Below, piece after piece: positions 40,410 to 50,224 of a stretch of DNA of 64,000 nt. The position numbers were made by a program, and so were the translations under genes. Under the pieces are notes generated by a model. The model did not search any database. It was not told the DNA's origin and was given only the letters and a program-made list of their open reading frames with translations. Numbering within the stretch: position 1 is the first letter of the stretch; every line of letters starts with the position of its first letter. The stretch comes from Candidatus Latescibacterota bacterium (GTDB lineage: Bacteria; Latescibacterota; UBA2968), in NCBI GenBank assembly GCA_965208125.1, contig OZ242320.1, forward strand, positions 3,648,001 to 3,712,000, read 5' to 3'.

Positions 40410-42566
40410 ATGAACGAAGCACAACAACCTCTCAATGCTCTGCCTCAGGGGTATCGGCTTCAAGAATATGAACTGGTACGTGTCCTCGGCTTTGGCGGAT
40501 TTGGCATGACCTATCTCGGCTTTGACCACAATCTGAACAAAGCCGTGGCCATCAAGGAATACCTCCCATCTGATATTGCTATCCGTACAAACGATAACAG
40601 CGTTGCTCCGCAAGTCAGCCAGTTTCAAGATGATTTTGAGTGGGGATTGGAGCGTTTCTTAGACGAAGCACGCACCTTGGCTCGTTTTGATCATCGCAAC
40701 ATTATTAAAGTATATCGTTTCTTTGAGGCACACAGCACAGCCTATATCGTGATGGAATATGCCGAGGGTGAGACCTTGGCAGCATTTTTGGAACGCAAGG
40801 GGACGCTAACAGAAGCCGAACTCAGAGCGATACTATATCCGCTTCTGGATGGTCTGGAGGTGGTGCATCGTGCTGATTTTTTGCATCGAGATATAAAGCC
40901 TGGTAACATCATCATCCGAGACGAGGACAATTCACCAGTATTGTTGGACTTTGGTTCAGCGCGTCAGGCGATGGGAGCAAGGAGCCGTTCGGTTACGTCG
41001 ATCATCACACCGGGATATGCGCCGATAGAGCAGTATTCGAGTCGAGGTGATCAGGGTCCTTGGACGGACATCTATGCGTTAGGAGGTGTATGCTATCGTA
41101 CATTGACTGGTGAAGTGCCAGATGATGTGACGGATAGGGTGCGGAATGATCCTTTAATTCCGGTATCTGAGCTGTGTGCGGGTCAAGAGAGTGCGAGTTT
41201 TTTATCTGCGATAGATTGGGCGTTATCTGTAGATGAGGGTGATCGTCCGCAAAGTATAAATGTCTGGCGAACTGCGTTGGGAGAAGAGACACCGAGGATT
41301 GAGAATGTTCAACCATCAGTCACGGCGTCTGTGCCTGCCTCTCCATTGGAAGAAGAGAAGCGTGAGGCAGTTGTTGGCAAAACCATGAGGCAGCCTGATG
41401 CATTTCCATCAGAAAGGGAAAGGGGAACAAGAGGAAAGTTGCTTGCTGTGATCGGAAGTGTGGTTGCTGTCCTGATAGCAGGCATAATTTATATTGATCA
41501 AGCTGAGAAACAGCAGAAAGAGCAAGTGGCATTGGAAAAGCAGCGCCAAGAGTTGGTAGAAGAAAAAGCAAGATTGGCAGCCGAGCAAGCAGAGAAGCAA
41601 CGTCAGGAGCAAGCAGCGTTAGAAAAGCAACGTCAGGAGCAGGCCTTGTTGGAAAAGCAGCATCAGGAGCGGGCTACAGAAAGAGCGCGACTAGCGGCAG
41701 AGCAAGCTGAGAAGCGGCGCCAGGAGCAAGAGGCTGAAAAAACAAGACGACTGGCGAAGTGGCGGGATCCCAAGACGGGCAGAACATCGCTGCATGATGC
41801 GGCCTATAAAAATGCTCCTGAGACAGCAGAAGTATTGCTCAAGCACGGGGCTGACCCTAATGCGCAAGACAGAGATGGTCATACGCCATTGTACAATGCT
41901 GTGAGGAAATGTAGTCGTGAGGTAGTAGAGCTATTGCTCAAACAAGGTGCCGATGTCAACGCAAAGAGCAATTTTGGTGGGACGCCACTGCACGAAGTGT
42001 TACAGACACATGTTAGTGCGGTAATCCAGTCAAGAAAGTATTCCAGTTTTGAAAAAAAAAGAGGTGATGAGTTTCGTAAGAAAGCAGAAGTTGCTCTTGA
42101 TATCTTCAAGTTATTGCTCAAACATGGTGCTGATGTCAATGCGAAGAACAATTTTGGTGGGACGCCACTGCACAGCAGTATTATGTATAACTCCTCTGAT
42201 GAGACTAAGATAGTTGAGATGGCAGAGCTATTGCTTAAACACGGTGCCGATGTCAATGCGAAGGACAACGGGGGCTTGACGCCGCTACACACTGGAGCGC
42301 ACAATGCGAAGAATAACCAAATTTCTGTTGAGATGGCAGAGCTATTGCTTAAATATGGTGCCGATCCCAACACGAAGGATAAAGATGGCCGCACACCGTT
42401 GCACTGGGCTGCTTGGAACATAAATTCTCATAAGTTTGCAGAGCTATTGCTCAAACATGGTGCCGATGTCAATGCGAAGGACAATTTAGGCGAGACACCG
42501 TTGCACGATGCGAGAATGCGTTCTCCTCGTACGGCGGGGATATTGAGACGTTACGGTGGACAATAA
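40410..42566 (+). CDS. Ser/Thr kinase-TM-coiled coil-ankyrin repeat protein
   Basis: Intact kinase motifs; TM; repeated TPLH...LLKHGADVNAK. Confidence 0.93.
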   Translation: MNEAQQPLNALPQGYRLQEYELVRVLGFGGFGMTYLGFDHNLNKAVAIKEYLPSDIAIRTNDNSVAPQVSQFQDDFEWGLERFLDEARTLARFDHRNIIKVYRFFEAHSTAYIVMEYAEGETLAAFLERKGTLTEAELRAILYPLLDGLEVVHRADFLHRDIKPGNIIIRDEDNSPVLLDFGSARQAMGARSRSVTSIITPGYAPIEQYSSRGDQGPWTDIYALGGVCYRTLTGEVPDDVTDRVRNDPLIPVSELCAGQESASFLSAIDWALSVDEGDRPQSINVWRTALGEETPRIENVQPSVTASVPASPLEEEKREAVVGKTMRQPDAFPSERERGTRGKLLAVIGSVVAVLIAGIIYIDQAEKQQKEQVALEKQRQELVEEKARLAAEQAEKQRQEQAALEKQRQEQALLEKQHQERATERARLAAEQAEKRRQEQEAEKTRRLAKWRDPKTGRTSLHDAAYKNAPETAEVLLKHGADPNAQDRDGHTPLYNAVRKCSREVVELLLKQGADVNAKSNFGGTPLHEVLQTHVSAVIQSRKYSSFEKKRGDEFRKKAEVALDIFKLLLKHGADVNAKNNFGGTPLHSSIMYNSSDETKIVEMAELLLKHGADVNAKDNGGLTPLHTGAHNAKNNQISVEMAELLLKYGADPNTKDKDGRTPLHWAAWNINSHKFAELLLKHGADVNAKDNLGETPLHDARMRSPRTAGILRRYGGQ

Positions 42567-42587
42567 ATATAAAATATCGGAAATGCT

Positions 42588-44819
42588 ATGAACGACGCAC
42601 AACACCCGATCCAGGCCTTGCCTCAAGGATACCGACTACAGGAATACGAACTGGTACGCGTGCTCGGCTTCGGCGGCTTCGGCATGACCTATCTTGGCTT
42701 TGACCACAATCTGAACAAAGCTGTAGCCATCAAAGAATACCTGCCATCAGATATTTCCACCCGTACAAGCAATAATAGCGTTGTCCCACAAGCGAGCCAA
42801 TTTCAAGATGATTTTGAGTGGGGCTTGGAGCGTTTCTTAGATGAAGCGCGTACCTTAGCCCGCTTTGACCATCGCAACATTATTAAAGTGTATCGTTTCT
42901 TTGAAGCACATGGCACGGCGTATATCGTGATGGAATATGCTGAGGGTGAGACCTTATCGGCATTTCTGGAACACAAAGGGATACTGAAGGAATCAGAACT
43001 CAGAGCGATACTATATCCGCTTCTGGATGGTCTGGAGGTGGTGCATCGTGCTGATTTTTTGCATCGAGATATAAAGCCGGGCAACATCATCATTCGTGAT
43101 GAAGATAATTCGCCTGTATTACTGGACTTTGGTTCAGCGCGTCAGGCGATGGGAGCAAGGAGCCGTTCGGTTACGTCAATCATCACGCCGGGATATGCGC
43201 CGATAGAGCAGTATTCCAGTCGTGGGAATCAGGGTCCTTGGACAGACATCTATGCGTTGGGTAGTGTATGTTATAGTGCGTTGACCGGTGAAGTTCCTGA
43301 CGATGCTACGGATAGGGTACGGAATGATCCTTTGATTCCAGTGGTTGAGTGCTGTGCGGGTCAAGCGAACTCAGGGTTTTTATCAGCGATAGACTGGGCG
43401 TTGGTGGTAGATGAGGGTGATCGTCCGCAAAGTATCAGTGTATGGCGTACTGTATTGGGAGAAGAGACACCGAGGATTGAGAATGTTCAACCATCAGTCA
43501 CGGTGTCTGTGCCTGCCCCTCCCTTGAAAGAAGAGAAGCGTGAGGCAGTTGTTAGCACGGCTAGGATGCAGCCTGATGCATCCCCATCGGAAAGAAAAAA
43601 ACACACAAGAGGAAAGCTGCTTGCAGTGGTCATAAGTGTGGTTGCTGTCCTGATTGTAGGCATAATTTATATTGATCAAGCCGAGAAGCAGCGTCAAGAG
43701 TTGGCCGTGTTGGAAAAGCAGCGTCAAGAGTTGGCAGCAGAAAAAACAAGGTTGGCGGCAGAGCAAGCTGAGAAGCAGCGCCAGGAGCAAGCAGCAGAAA
43801 GAGCGCGACTGGCGGCAGAGCAAGCAGAGAAGCAACGTCAGGATCAGGAAGCAGAAAGCGCCAGACAAGCTGCTGAGCGTCAGGATAAAATCACACGATA
43901 TAAGATGAAGTTTGAGGAGGCGTTGGGACGTAATGATTTTGATATGGCGGGTAGGTATGTAGATTCTATCCGAGCAGTTGATAGTAATGCGTCAATGTTG
44001 TCAAATTTGGAAGGTCGCTTGTCGGAGGCGCGTCAACGCTTAGTGAACAGGACATTCAGAGACTGTGGAGAATGTCCACAGATGGTAGAGGTGCCGTTGG
44101 GTTCGTTTACAATGGGATCACCTAGTTGGGAGTGGGACCGTGATGATGATGAGGGGCCTATTCATCGTGTGAGGATAGATTATAGGTTAGCAGTGGGTAT
44201 GTATGAAGTGACCTTTGGCGAGTGGGATGCGTGCGTGTCTGCTGGTGGTTGTAGGGGGTATATTCCAGATGATGAGGGCTGGGGACGAGGGAACCATCCG
44301 GTGATCAATGTGAGTTGGAAAGATGCTCAGTCTTATGTGTCGTGGTTGTCGCAACGGACAGGTGAATCGTATCGTTTACTGAGCGAGTCAGAGTGGGAGT
44401 ATGTGGCGCGAGCTGGATCGGTGACAGCTCGTTATTGGAGAGAACCGGCAAATGATCAGTGCCGTTATGGGAATGGTGCGGATGAGACAGCGAAACGATA
44501 TAATAGTAGCTGGACTGTTGCATCGTGTGACGATGGTTATTATGGGACATCACCAGTGGGAAATTACGAGGCAAATAATTTTGGTTTGTATGATGTGTTG
44601 GGCAACGTGTGGGAATGGACTGAGGATTGTTATAAAGATAGCTATTCGGGATTACCTGCTGACGGTTCTGCGCAGGCGTCTGAGGACTGCGCTGAACGCG
44701 TGTTGCGTGGCGGTGCGTGGAGCAGCAAGCCGAGAGACCTCCGCTCGGCTGACCGCTTCCGCTACTCTCCCGAGGTCCGTGCTGTCCATTGGGGTTTTCG
44801 AGTTACCCGGCGTTTTTAG
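42588..44819 (+). CDS. Ser/Thr kinase-TM-coiled coil-FGE-sulfatase protein
   Basis: Intact kinase motifs; TM; FRDCGECP, FTMGS, GNVWEW, RGGAW, GFR. Confidence 0.93.
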   Translation: MNDAQHPIQALPQGYRLQEYELVRVLGFGGFGMTYLGFDHNLNKAVAIKEYLPSDISTRTSNNSVVPQASQFQDDFEWGLERFLDEARTLARFDHRNIIKVYRFFEAHGTAYIVMEYAEGETLSAFLEHKGILKESELRAILYPLLDGLEVVHRADFLHRDIKPGNIIIRDEDNSPVLLDFGSARQAMGARSRSVTSIITPGYAPIEQYSSRGNQGPWTDIYALGSVCYSALTGEVPDDATDRVRNDPLIPVVECCAGQANSGFLSAIDWALVVDEGDRPQSISVWRTVLGEETPRIENVQPSVTVSVPAPPLKEEKREAVVSTARMQPDASPSERKKHTRGKLLAVVISVVAVLIVGIIYIDQAEKQRQELAVLEKQRQELAAEKTRLAAEQAEKQRQEQAAERARLAAEQAEKQRQDQEAESARQAAERQDKITRYKMKFEEALGRNDFDMAGRYVDSIRAVDSNASMLSNLEGRLSEARQRLVNRTFRDCGECPQMVEVPLGSFTMGSPSWEWDRDDDEGPIHRVRIDYRLAVGMYEVTFGEWDACVSAGGCRGYIPDDEGWGRGNHPVINVSWKDAQSYVSWLSQRTGESYRLLSESEWEYVARAGSVTARYWREPANDQCRYGNGADETAKRYNSSWTVASCDDGYYGTSPVGNYEANNFGLYDVLGNVWEWTEDCYKDSYSGLPADGSAQASEDCAERVLRGGAWSSKPRDLRSADRFRYSPEVRAVHWGFRVTRRF

Positions 44820-44896
44820 TTCTTACTACTTTGCTTTTTGGGGATGTGGGAGAAGAAATGATGATGAGGATTTTGGGGTATGTGAGGGTTTTTCGG

Positions 44897-44974
44897 GCCA
44901 TCCTGTGGTTTATCTGGATGGGCTGGTTGATCCACCTGTGGTCGGTTCTGAACGCCGCCCGGCGGAGGCCGTAA
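44897..44974 (+). pseudogene. 5'-truncated copy of the small membrane protein at 52123
   Basis: AILWFIWMGWLIHLWSVLNAARRRP versus AILWFIWMGWIIHLWSVLNAARWRP; the 5' part is unrelated. Confidence 0.85.
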
Positions 44975-45034
44975 GCGCATACACTTTAATACCAACAATC
45001 GCGCTCAAGTATAGCACGCGATAAGAGGAAGTAT

Positions 45035-46234
45035 ATGGATCTGTTAGACGGACGATTTGCCGCGCAGCAAATTCCCGGTGGGCGGGAATATCAGGAGGAC
45101 GATTACGGTCTGATTGAGCCGGGTGATCCCGATGCTGATGGAAGTGAGGTATTATTGATAGCCGATGGGATGGGTGGACACGTCAGCGGCGATACGGCGA
45201 GCAGGACGGTGGTCAAAACCTTTGTGGAGACCTATCACTGCACGGATGGACCGGTGCCGGATCGTCTGCGTGCTTGTCTCAATGCGGCCAATGATGCTCT
45301 CGCCGAAGCAATCAAAGAAAACCCTGAATTGGAGGGCATGGGATCGACTGTGGTCGCAGCCGTTGTTTCACAACACGGACTCGACTGGATCAGTGTGGGC
45401 GATTCCCCCTTGTGGTTGTTCCGCGATGGCAAGTTGCGCCGCCTCAATGCTGATCACTCTATGGCACCTGTGCTTGCGAACCTGGTGGCGGTTGGGCGCA
45501 TGACCGAGGAAGAAGCGGCGACGGATTCCAAACGCCATGCCCTGCGTTCGGCGGTTATGGGCGATGAGATTCACATGATTGATGTCTCATCGCAACCTGT
45601 TGCGATTCGGAAAAGCGACCGCCTGTTATTGGCGAGTGATGGTTTAATGACGCTTGAGGATGGGGAGATCGCGGGTATTTTACAGAATATGCAGGACGCA
45701 ACTTTGTCAGAAGTCGCCGATGCACTCATCCAAGCTGTGGAAGAGGTCGGACATCCCAATCAGGACAATACGACGGTGTTGCTCTATGCTCCGAAGGCCG
45801 ATTGTGGGGTGGAAACGCTTCCCGTCGATACTGCCGAGGAGGAGTCCAGACAGCGCGAGGAGACTCAGCGATCAGGGCGAAAGAAGGGCCTATTTTGGAT
45901 ATTGTTATGCGGGATCTTGATTGCACTTGGAGTAATCACGTATTGGATCACGTCGCGCACGCACCACAAAGAAGCAGCGTCTGAATCCCCACCTGCACCG
46001 CAGGTAGAGCCAACCAAACAGGATGTTTCTCCACCTGCTACGAGAACTCCTGATTTACCGGAAGTGCAACCGGAGGGCAAATCCCCACAGGCAGAGCCAC
46101 CTGCAAAGGATGCGCCAGCACAACTCGACACAGGCAAGGTGAATGAGGAATCACCGAAGAAAGAAACCGAAGATATTCCAGCGAAGCGATCAACAACACT
46201 CGACACCACAGCCCAATCGAAAGGAACGAGGTGA
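45035..46234 (+). CDS. PP2C-family Ser/Thr phosphatase with TM and Pro-rich tail
   Basis: REYQED, ADGMGGH, VGDS, ASDGL, DNTT; TM LFWILL... Confidence 0.95.
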   Translation: MDLLDGRFAAQQIPGGREYQEDDYGLIEPGDPDADGSEVLLIADGMGGHVSGDTASRTVVKTFVETYHCTDGPVPDRLRACLNAANDALAEAIKENPELEGMGSTVVAAVVSQHGLDWISVGDSPLWLFRDGKLRRLNADHSMAPVLANLVAVGRMTEEEAATDSKRHALRSAVMGDEIHMIDVSSQPVAIRKSDRLLLASDGLMTLEDGEIAGILQNMQDATLSEVADALIQAVEEVGHPNQDNTTVLLYAPKADCGVETLPVDTAEEESRQREETQRSGRKKGLFWILLCGILIALGVITYWITSRTHHKEAASESPPAPQVEPTKQDVSPPATRTPDLPEVQPEGKSPQAEPPAKDAPAQLDTGKVNEESPKKETEDIPAKRSTTLDTTAQSKGTR

Positions 46235-48264
46235 ACGACGCACACCACCGATTGGCACTGCCACAAGGTACCCGTATACAGGACTTTGAATTTCACCGCG
46301 TCTTAGGTCAAGGTGGTTTTGGCATCACTTATCTCGGCTGGAATATCGCGCTGGATATTCCCGTGGCGATTAAAGAGTATTTGCCTTCTGACCTTGCGAC
46401 CCGTGAATACGACCTGTCGGTAGTGCCACAGTCACCTCAAGCCGCGTCAGACTTTGAGTGGGGGCTGGAGCGGTTTATAGATGAAGCGAGAATATTGGCG
46501 CGTTTCCAACATCCAAACATTGTTCGTGTGCATCATTTTTTTCAAGCGCATAGCACGGCATATATTGTGATGGAATATGCCGAGGGAGAGACCTTGGCGG
46601 CATTTCTGGAACGCAGGGGGCCGCTGAGAGAATCTGAACTCAAAGCTATACTATATCCGATACTTGATGGTTTGGATGTGGTGCACCGGGCTGTTTTTTT
46701 GCATCGAGATATAAAACCGGGGAACATCATCATTCGCGATGAAGACAATTCGCCCGTGTTACTGGACTTTGGTTCAGCGCGTCAGGCAATCGGTACCAGA
46801 AGCCGTTCAGTTACATCAATTATCACGCCGGGTTATGCACCTATAGAGCAATATTCGAGTCGGGGAGATCAAGGACCCTGGACGGACATTTATGCATTGG
46901 GCGGCGTGTGTTATCGCGCATTGACAGGTCAAGTGCCGGATGATGCGACAGACCGGGTACGAAATGATCCACTCATTCCAGTTTTTGAGCGATGTGCAGG
47001 TCAAGCGAGTGCTGGGCTTCTCTCGGCGATAGATTGGGCGTTGGCAGTGGATGAAGGGGACCGCCCGCAAAGTGTGGCAGCTTGGCGTGTTGCGCTGGAG
47101 GGGGAGGTCCCAGGCAGTGTGGATGAGGAACTGTCAGTCACAAGGTCTGAAACCGTAGCCCGATCAGAAGTGCAGGATCAAGAGAGAGATGATGCCCCAC
47201 CTGTGCATTCTCCCAAGAAGCCCAAAGAGAAATTATTTGCTGCGTTTGCCTGCCTTTTCGCTCTGTTGATAGGAGGTGTCTATTATTATCACTATGAATA
47301 TCTCCCCGATCAGCGTCGTCAAGCACAGGAAGCGGAAAGAGAAAGACAAGCTATTGAGGAGGCAGAGCGTCGTCAGGCTAAAATAGCGGCATATGAGAGG
47401 AAATTTGAGGAAGTGTTGGGGCATAATGATTTTGATATGGCGGGTAGGTATGTGGATTCTATCCGAGCAGTTGATGATGATGCGTCAATGTTGTCAGATT
47501 TAGAAGGTCGTTTGTCTGCGGCACGTCAGGCTGATCAGCGTCGTCAGGCGCAAGCTGCATTGGAAAAGCAACGTCAAGCAGCGGAAAAAGCAAAACTGGC
47601 AGCAGAAAAAGTCGAACGCACGCGCCAGAGACAGGTATTTGTCGCAGAAGTGGGGCGTATGCCGTATCCAAGGGGGATGAACGATAAGGATGAGACCGAT
47701 CTGCACATTGTAGCTAAATTGAACCTGCCTATGCTGACTATATCCTTGCTGAATCAGGATGCCGGTGTCAACGCGAAGAACAATTTTGGATTTACGCCTC
47801 TGCACTTTGCTGCAATGGAAAATGCTCATGAGACAGCAGAGGTATTGCTGAAATATGGTGCTGATGCCAACGAGAAGGACAACTCTGGTTCTACGCCGTT
47901 ACACACTGCGGTAGAGAACAACGCTCTTGAAACGACAGAGATATTGCTCAAACACGGTGCTGATGTCAACGCGAAGAACTATTCTGGTCATACGCCGCTG
48001 CACACAGCGGCGGCGAATAATGCTCATGAGATAGCAGAGGTATTGCTCAAACACGGTGCTGATGCCAATGCGAAGAACAATTATGGCGATACACCACTGC
48101 ACAACGCGGGGTGGAAAAATAATCACGAGACAGCGGAGGTATTACTCAAACATGGAGCCGATGTCAACGCCAAGGACAAATATGGCAATACGCCGCTACA
48201 CAATGCTGTGGAAAAAAATAATTACGAGACAGTGGAGGTATTGCGGCGTTATGGCGGACGATAA
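46231..48264 (+). CDS. Ser/Thr kinase-TM-helical linker-ankyrin repeat protein
   Basis: GQGGFG, HRDIKPGN, DFG; TM; ankyrin repeats; GTGA overlap with PP2C. Confidence 0.93.
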   Translation: MNDAHHRLALPQGTRIQDFEFHRVLGQGGFGITYLGWNIALDIPVAIKEYLPSDLATREYDLSVVPQSPQAASDFEWGLERFIDEARILARFQHPNIVRVHHFFQAHSTAYIVMEYAEGETLAAFLERRGPLRESELKAILYPILDGLDVVHRAVFLHRDIKPGNIIIRDEDNSPVLLDFGSARQAIGTRSRSVTSIITPGYAPIEQYSSRGDQGPWTDIYALGGVCYRALTGQVPDDATDRVRNDPLIPVFERCAGQASAGLLSAIDWALAVDEGDRPQSVAAWRVALEGEVPGSVDEELSVTRSETVARSEVQDQERDDAPPVHSPKKPKEKLFAAFACLFALLIGGVYYYHYEYLPDQRRQAQEAERERQAIEEAERRQAKIAAYERKFEEVLGHNDFDMAGRYVDSIRAVDDDASMLSDLEGRLSAARQADQRRQAQAALEKQRQAAEKAKLAAEKVERTRQRQVFVAEVGRMPYPRGMNDKDETDLHIVAKLNLPMLTISLLNQDAGVNAKNNFGFTPLHFAAMENAHETAEVLLKYGADANEKDNSGSTPLHTAVENNALETTEILLKHGADVNAKNYSGHTPLHTAAANNAHEIAEVLLKHGADANAKNNYGDTPLHNAGWKNNHETAEVLLKHGADVNAKDKYGNTPLHNAVEKNNYETVEVLRRYGGR

Positions 48265-48297
48265 AATAAGCTGATTCTTAAAAAAAACGAAAATGCT

Positions 48298-50013
48298 ATG
48301 ACCGGCGCACAACACCCCCTCAATGCTCTGCCACAAGGCCACAGGCTCCAGGAATACGAACTGGTACGCGTGCTCGGCTTTGGGGGATTTGGTATGACCT
48401 ATCTCGGCTTTGATCACAATCTGGACAAAGCCGTTGCGATTAAAGAATATCTGCCATCCGATATTGCTACCCGTACAGGCGATAATAGTGTTGTGCCACA
48501 AGCGAGCCAGTTTCGAGGTGATTTTGAGTGGGGATTAGATCGTTTCGTGGATGAGGCACGCGCCTTGGCCCGGTTTGACCATCGCAACATTATTAAAGTG
48601 TATCGTTTCTTTGAGGCACATGGCACAGCGTATATCGTGATGGAATATGCTGAAGGAGAAACCTTGGCAGCGTTTCTGGAACGCAAGGGGACGCTAACAG
48701 AGGCCGAACTCAGAGCGATACTATATCCGCTTCTGGATGGCCTGGAGGTGGTACATCGGGCTAATTTTTTGCATCGGGATATAAAGCCGGGCAACATCAT
48801 CATCCGCGATGAAGACAATTCTCCCGTGTTGTTGGACTTTGGTTCAGCGCGTCAGGCGATGGGAGCAAGGAGCCGTTCGGTTACGTCAATTATCACACCG
48901 GGTTATGCGCCAATAGAGCAGTATTCGAGTCGTGGGAATCAGGGACCCTGGACGGATATTTATGCGTTGGGTGGTGTGTGTTACCGAGCATTGACAGGAG
49001 AGGTGCCGGATGATGCGACAGAAAGAGTACGCCATGACCCGCTCATTCCAGTGGTTGAGCGGTGTGCGGAGCAAGTGGATGCTGGATTTCTTCTGGCGAT
49101 AGATTGGGCATTGGCGGTAGATGAAGGTGATCGTCCGCAAAATATCGGTACCTGGCGTACTGCACTGATAGGTAATTCGACAGATGATTCGATGGAAGCA
49201 GAAAAGCGTGAAGCGGTTGATGATACTGCCATTAGGGCTACTGAAGAAAAGCGTGAGGAAGAGGTATTTGTCGCAGAGGTGGGCCGCGTGCCATCCCCGG
49301 ATGCAGTGGACGATGATGGTGGGACCGACCTGCACCATGCAGCGGCTATGAGCCTACCCTTGATGACTATATCCTTACTGAAGCAAGGGGCAGAGGTCAA
49401 TGCGCAGGACAATGATGGCTTTACTCCGCTGCACTATGCGGCAGCAGGAAAAAATGCCCATGAGATAGCGGCCATGTTACTGAGTCATGGTGCTGAAGTC
49501 AACACGAGAAACAAATATGGCGAGACGCCGCTGTATTGGGCTGCGATGAAAAATGCTTGTGAGATGACCAAGGTCTTACTGAATTGGGATGCTGAAGTCA
49601 ACACGAAAAGCGAATATAGCCAGACGCCACTGCATTGGGCTGCGATGGAAAATGCACATGAGGCAGCAGAAGTATTGCTGAATCAGGGAGCTGAAGTCAA
49701 CGTGAAGGACAAATATGGCGAGACGCCGCTGCACCGTGCGGTGCGAGAAAATGCTCGTGAGATGGCTGATATTTTACTGAATTGGGGTGCCGAAGTCAAC
49801 ACAAAGAACAATTCCGGTAGCACACCACTGGACATTGCGGTGGGTAAAAATGCACATGAGATAGCTGAGGTCTTACACCAATGTCATAATGAGAGCTTGC
49901 GCCAGCCTCTCTATAAGGACAAAAAAACGAGATCTGGAAGTGGTGGATGCTTAGTGCTGGTAGTGGTGTTCTTAATCATAAAGGCATTCGTATTGGGAAT
50001 GATAGGCTGTTGA
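48298..50013 (+). CDS. Ser/Thr kinase-ankyrin protein with C-terminal hydrophobic anchor
   Basis: Kinase motifs, ankyrin repeats, no internal TM, terminal GCLVLVVVFLIIKAFVLGMIGC. Confidence 0.92.
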   Translation: MTGAQHPLNALPQGHRLQEYELVRVLGFGGFGMTYLGFDHNLDKAVAIKEYLPSDIATRTGDNSVVPQASQFRGDFEWGLDRFVDEARALARFDHRNIIKVYRFFEAHGTAYIVMEYAEGETLAAFLERKGTLTEAELRAILYPLLDGLEVVHRANFLHRDIKPGNIIIRDEDNSPVLLDFGSARQAMGARSRSVTSIITPGYAPIEQYSSRGNQGPWTDIYALGGVCYRALTGEVPDDATERVRHDPLIPVVERCAEQVDAGFLLAIDWALAVDEGDRPQNIGTWRTALIGNSTDDSMEAEKREAVDDTAIRATEEKREEEVFVAEVGRVPSPDAVDDDGGTDLHHAAAMSLPLMTISLLKQGAEVNAQDNDGFTPLHYAAAGKNAHEIAAMLLSHGAEVNTRNKYGETPLYWAAMKNACEMTKVLLNWDAEVNTKSEYSQTPLHWAAMENAHEAAEVLLNQGAEVNVKDKYGETPLHRAVRENAREMADILLNWGAEVNTKNNSGSTPLDIAVGKNAHEIAEVLHQCHNESLRQPLYKDKKTRSGSGGCLVLVVVFLIIKAFVLGMIGC

Positions 50014-50144
50014 TTTAATAAGCGGGCTACTCCGACAATGACCGAAACCATGTCCTGCGTAGCAACGACGGTCAATGATTGGTAATTGGATGTGATCGCC
50101 GTGTTATCATCGGCGGTACCTGTCTGATGGGGGCGTGGAAGCTG

Positions 50145-50191
50145 GCTCTTGAACAGTAGTAGTATTGTGCCTTTACGGTGAGCGAAGGTGA
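50145..50191 (+). pseudogene. Second fossil ankyrin-gene 3' end
   Basis: gctcttgaa|cagtagtagtattgtgcctttacggtgagcgaaggtga aligns with 40329-40378 and reads ALE(T)VVVLCLYGERR* with one frameshift. Confidence 0.45.
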
Positions 50192-50224
50192 AATAAGCTA
50201 ATTTTTGAAATAATTGGAGATGGT

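Noticed and set aside
42051-42060. A9 run as a phase-variation switch in the ankyrin kinase
   Set aside because: In frame and encodes Lys-rich sequence; similar A/T runs are common across the window.
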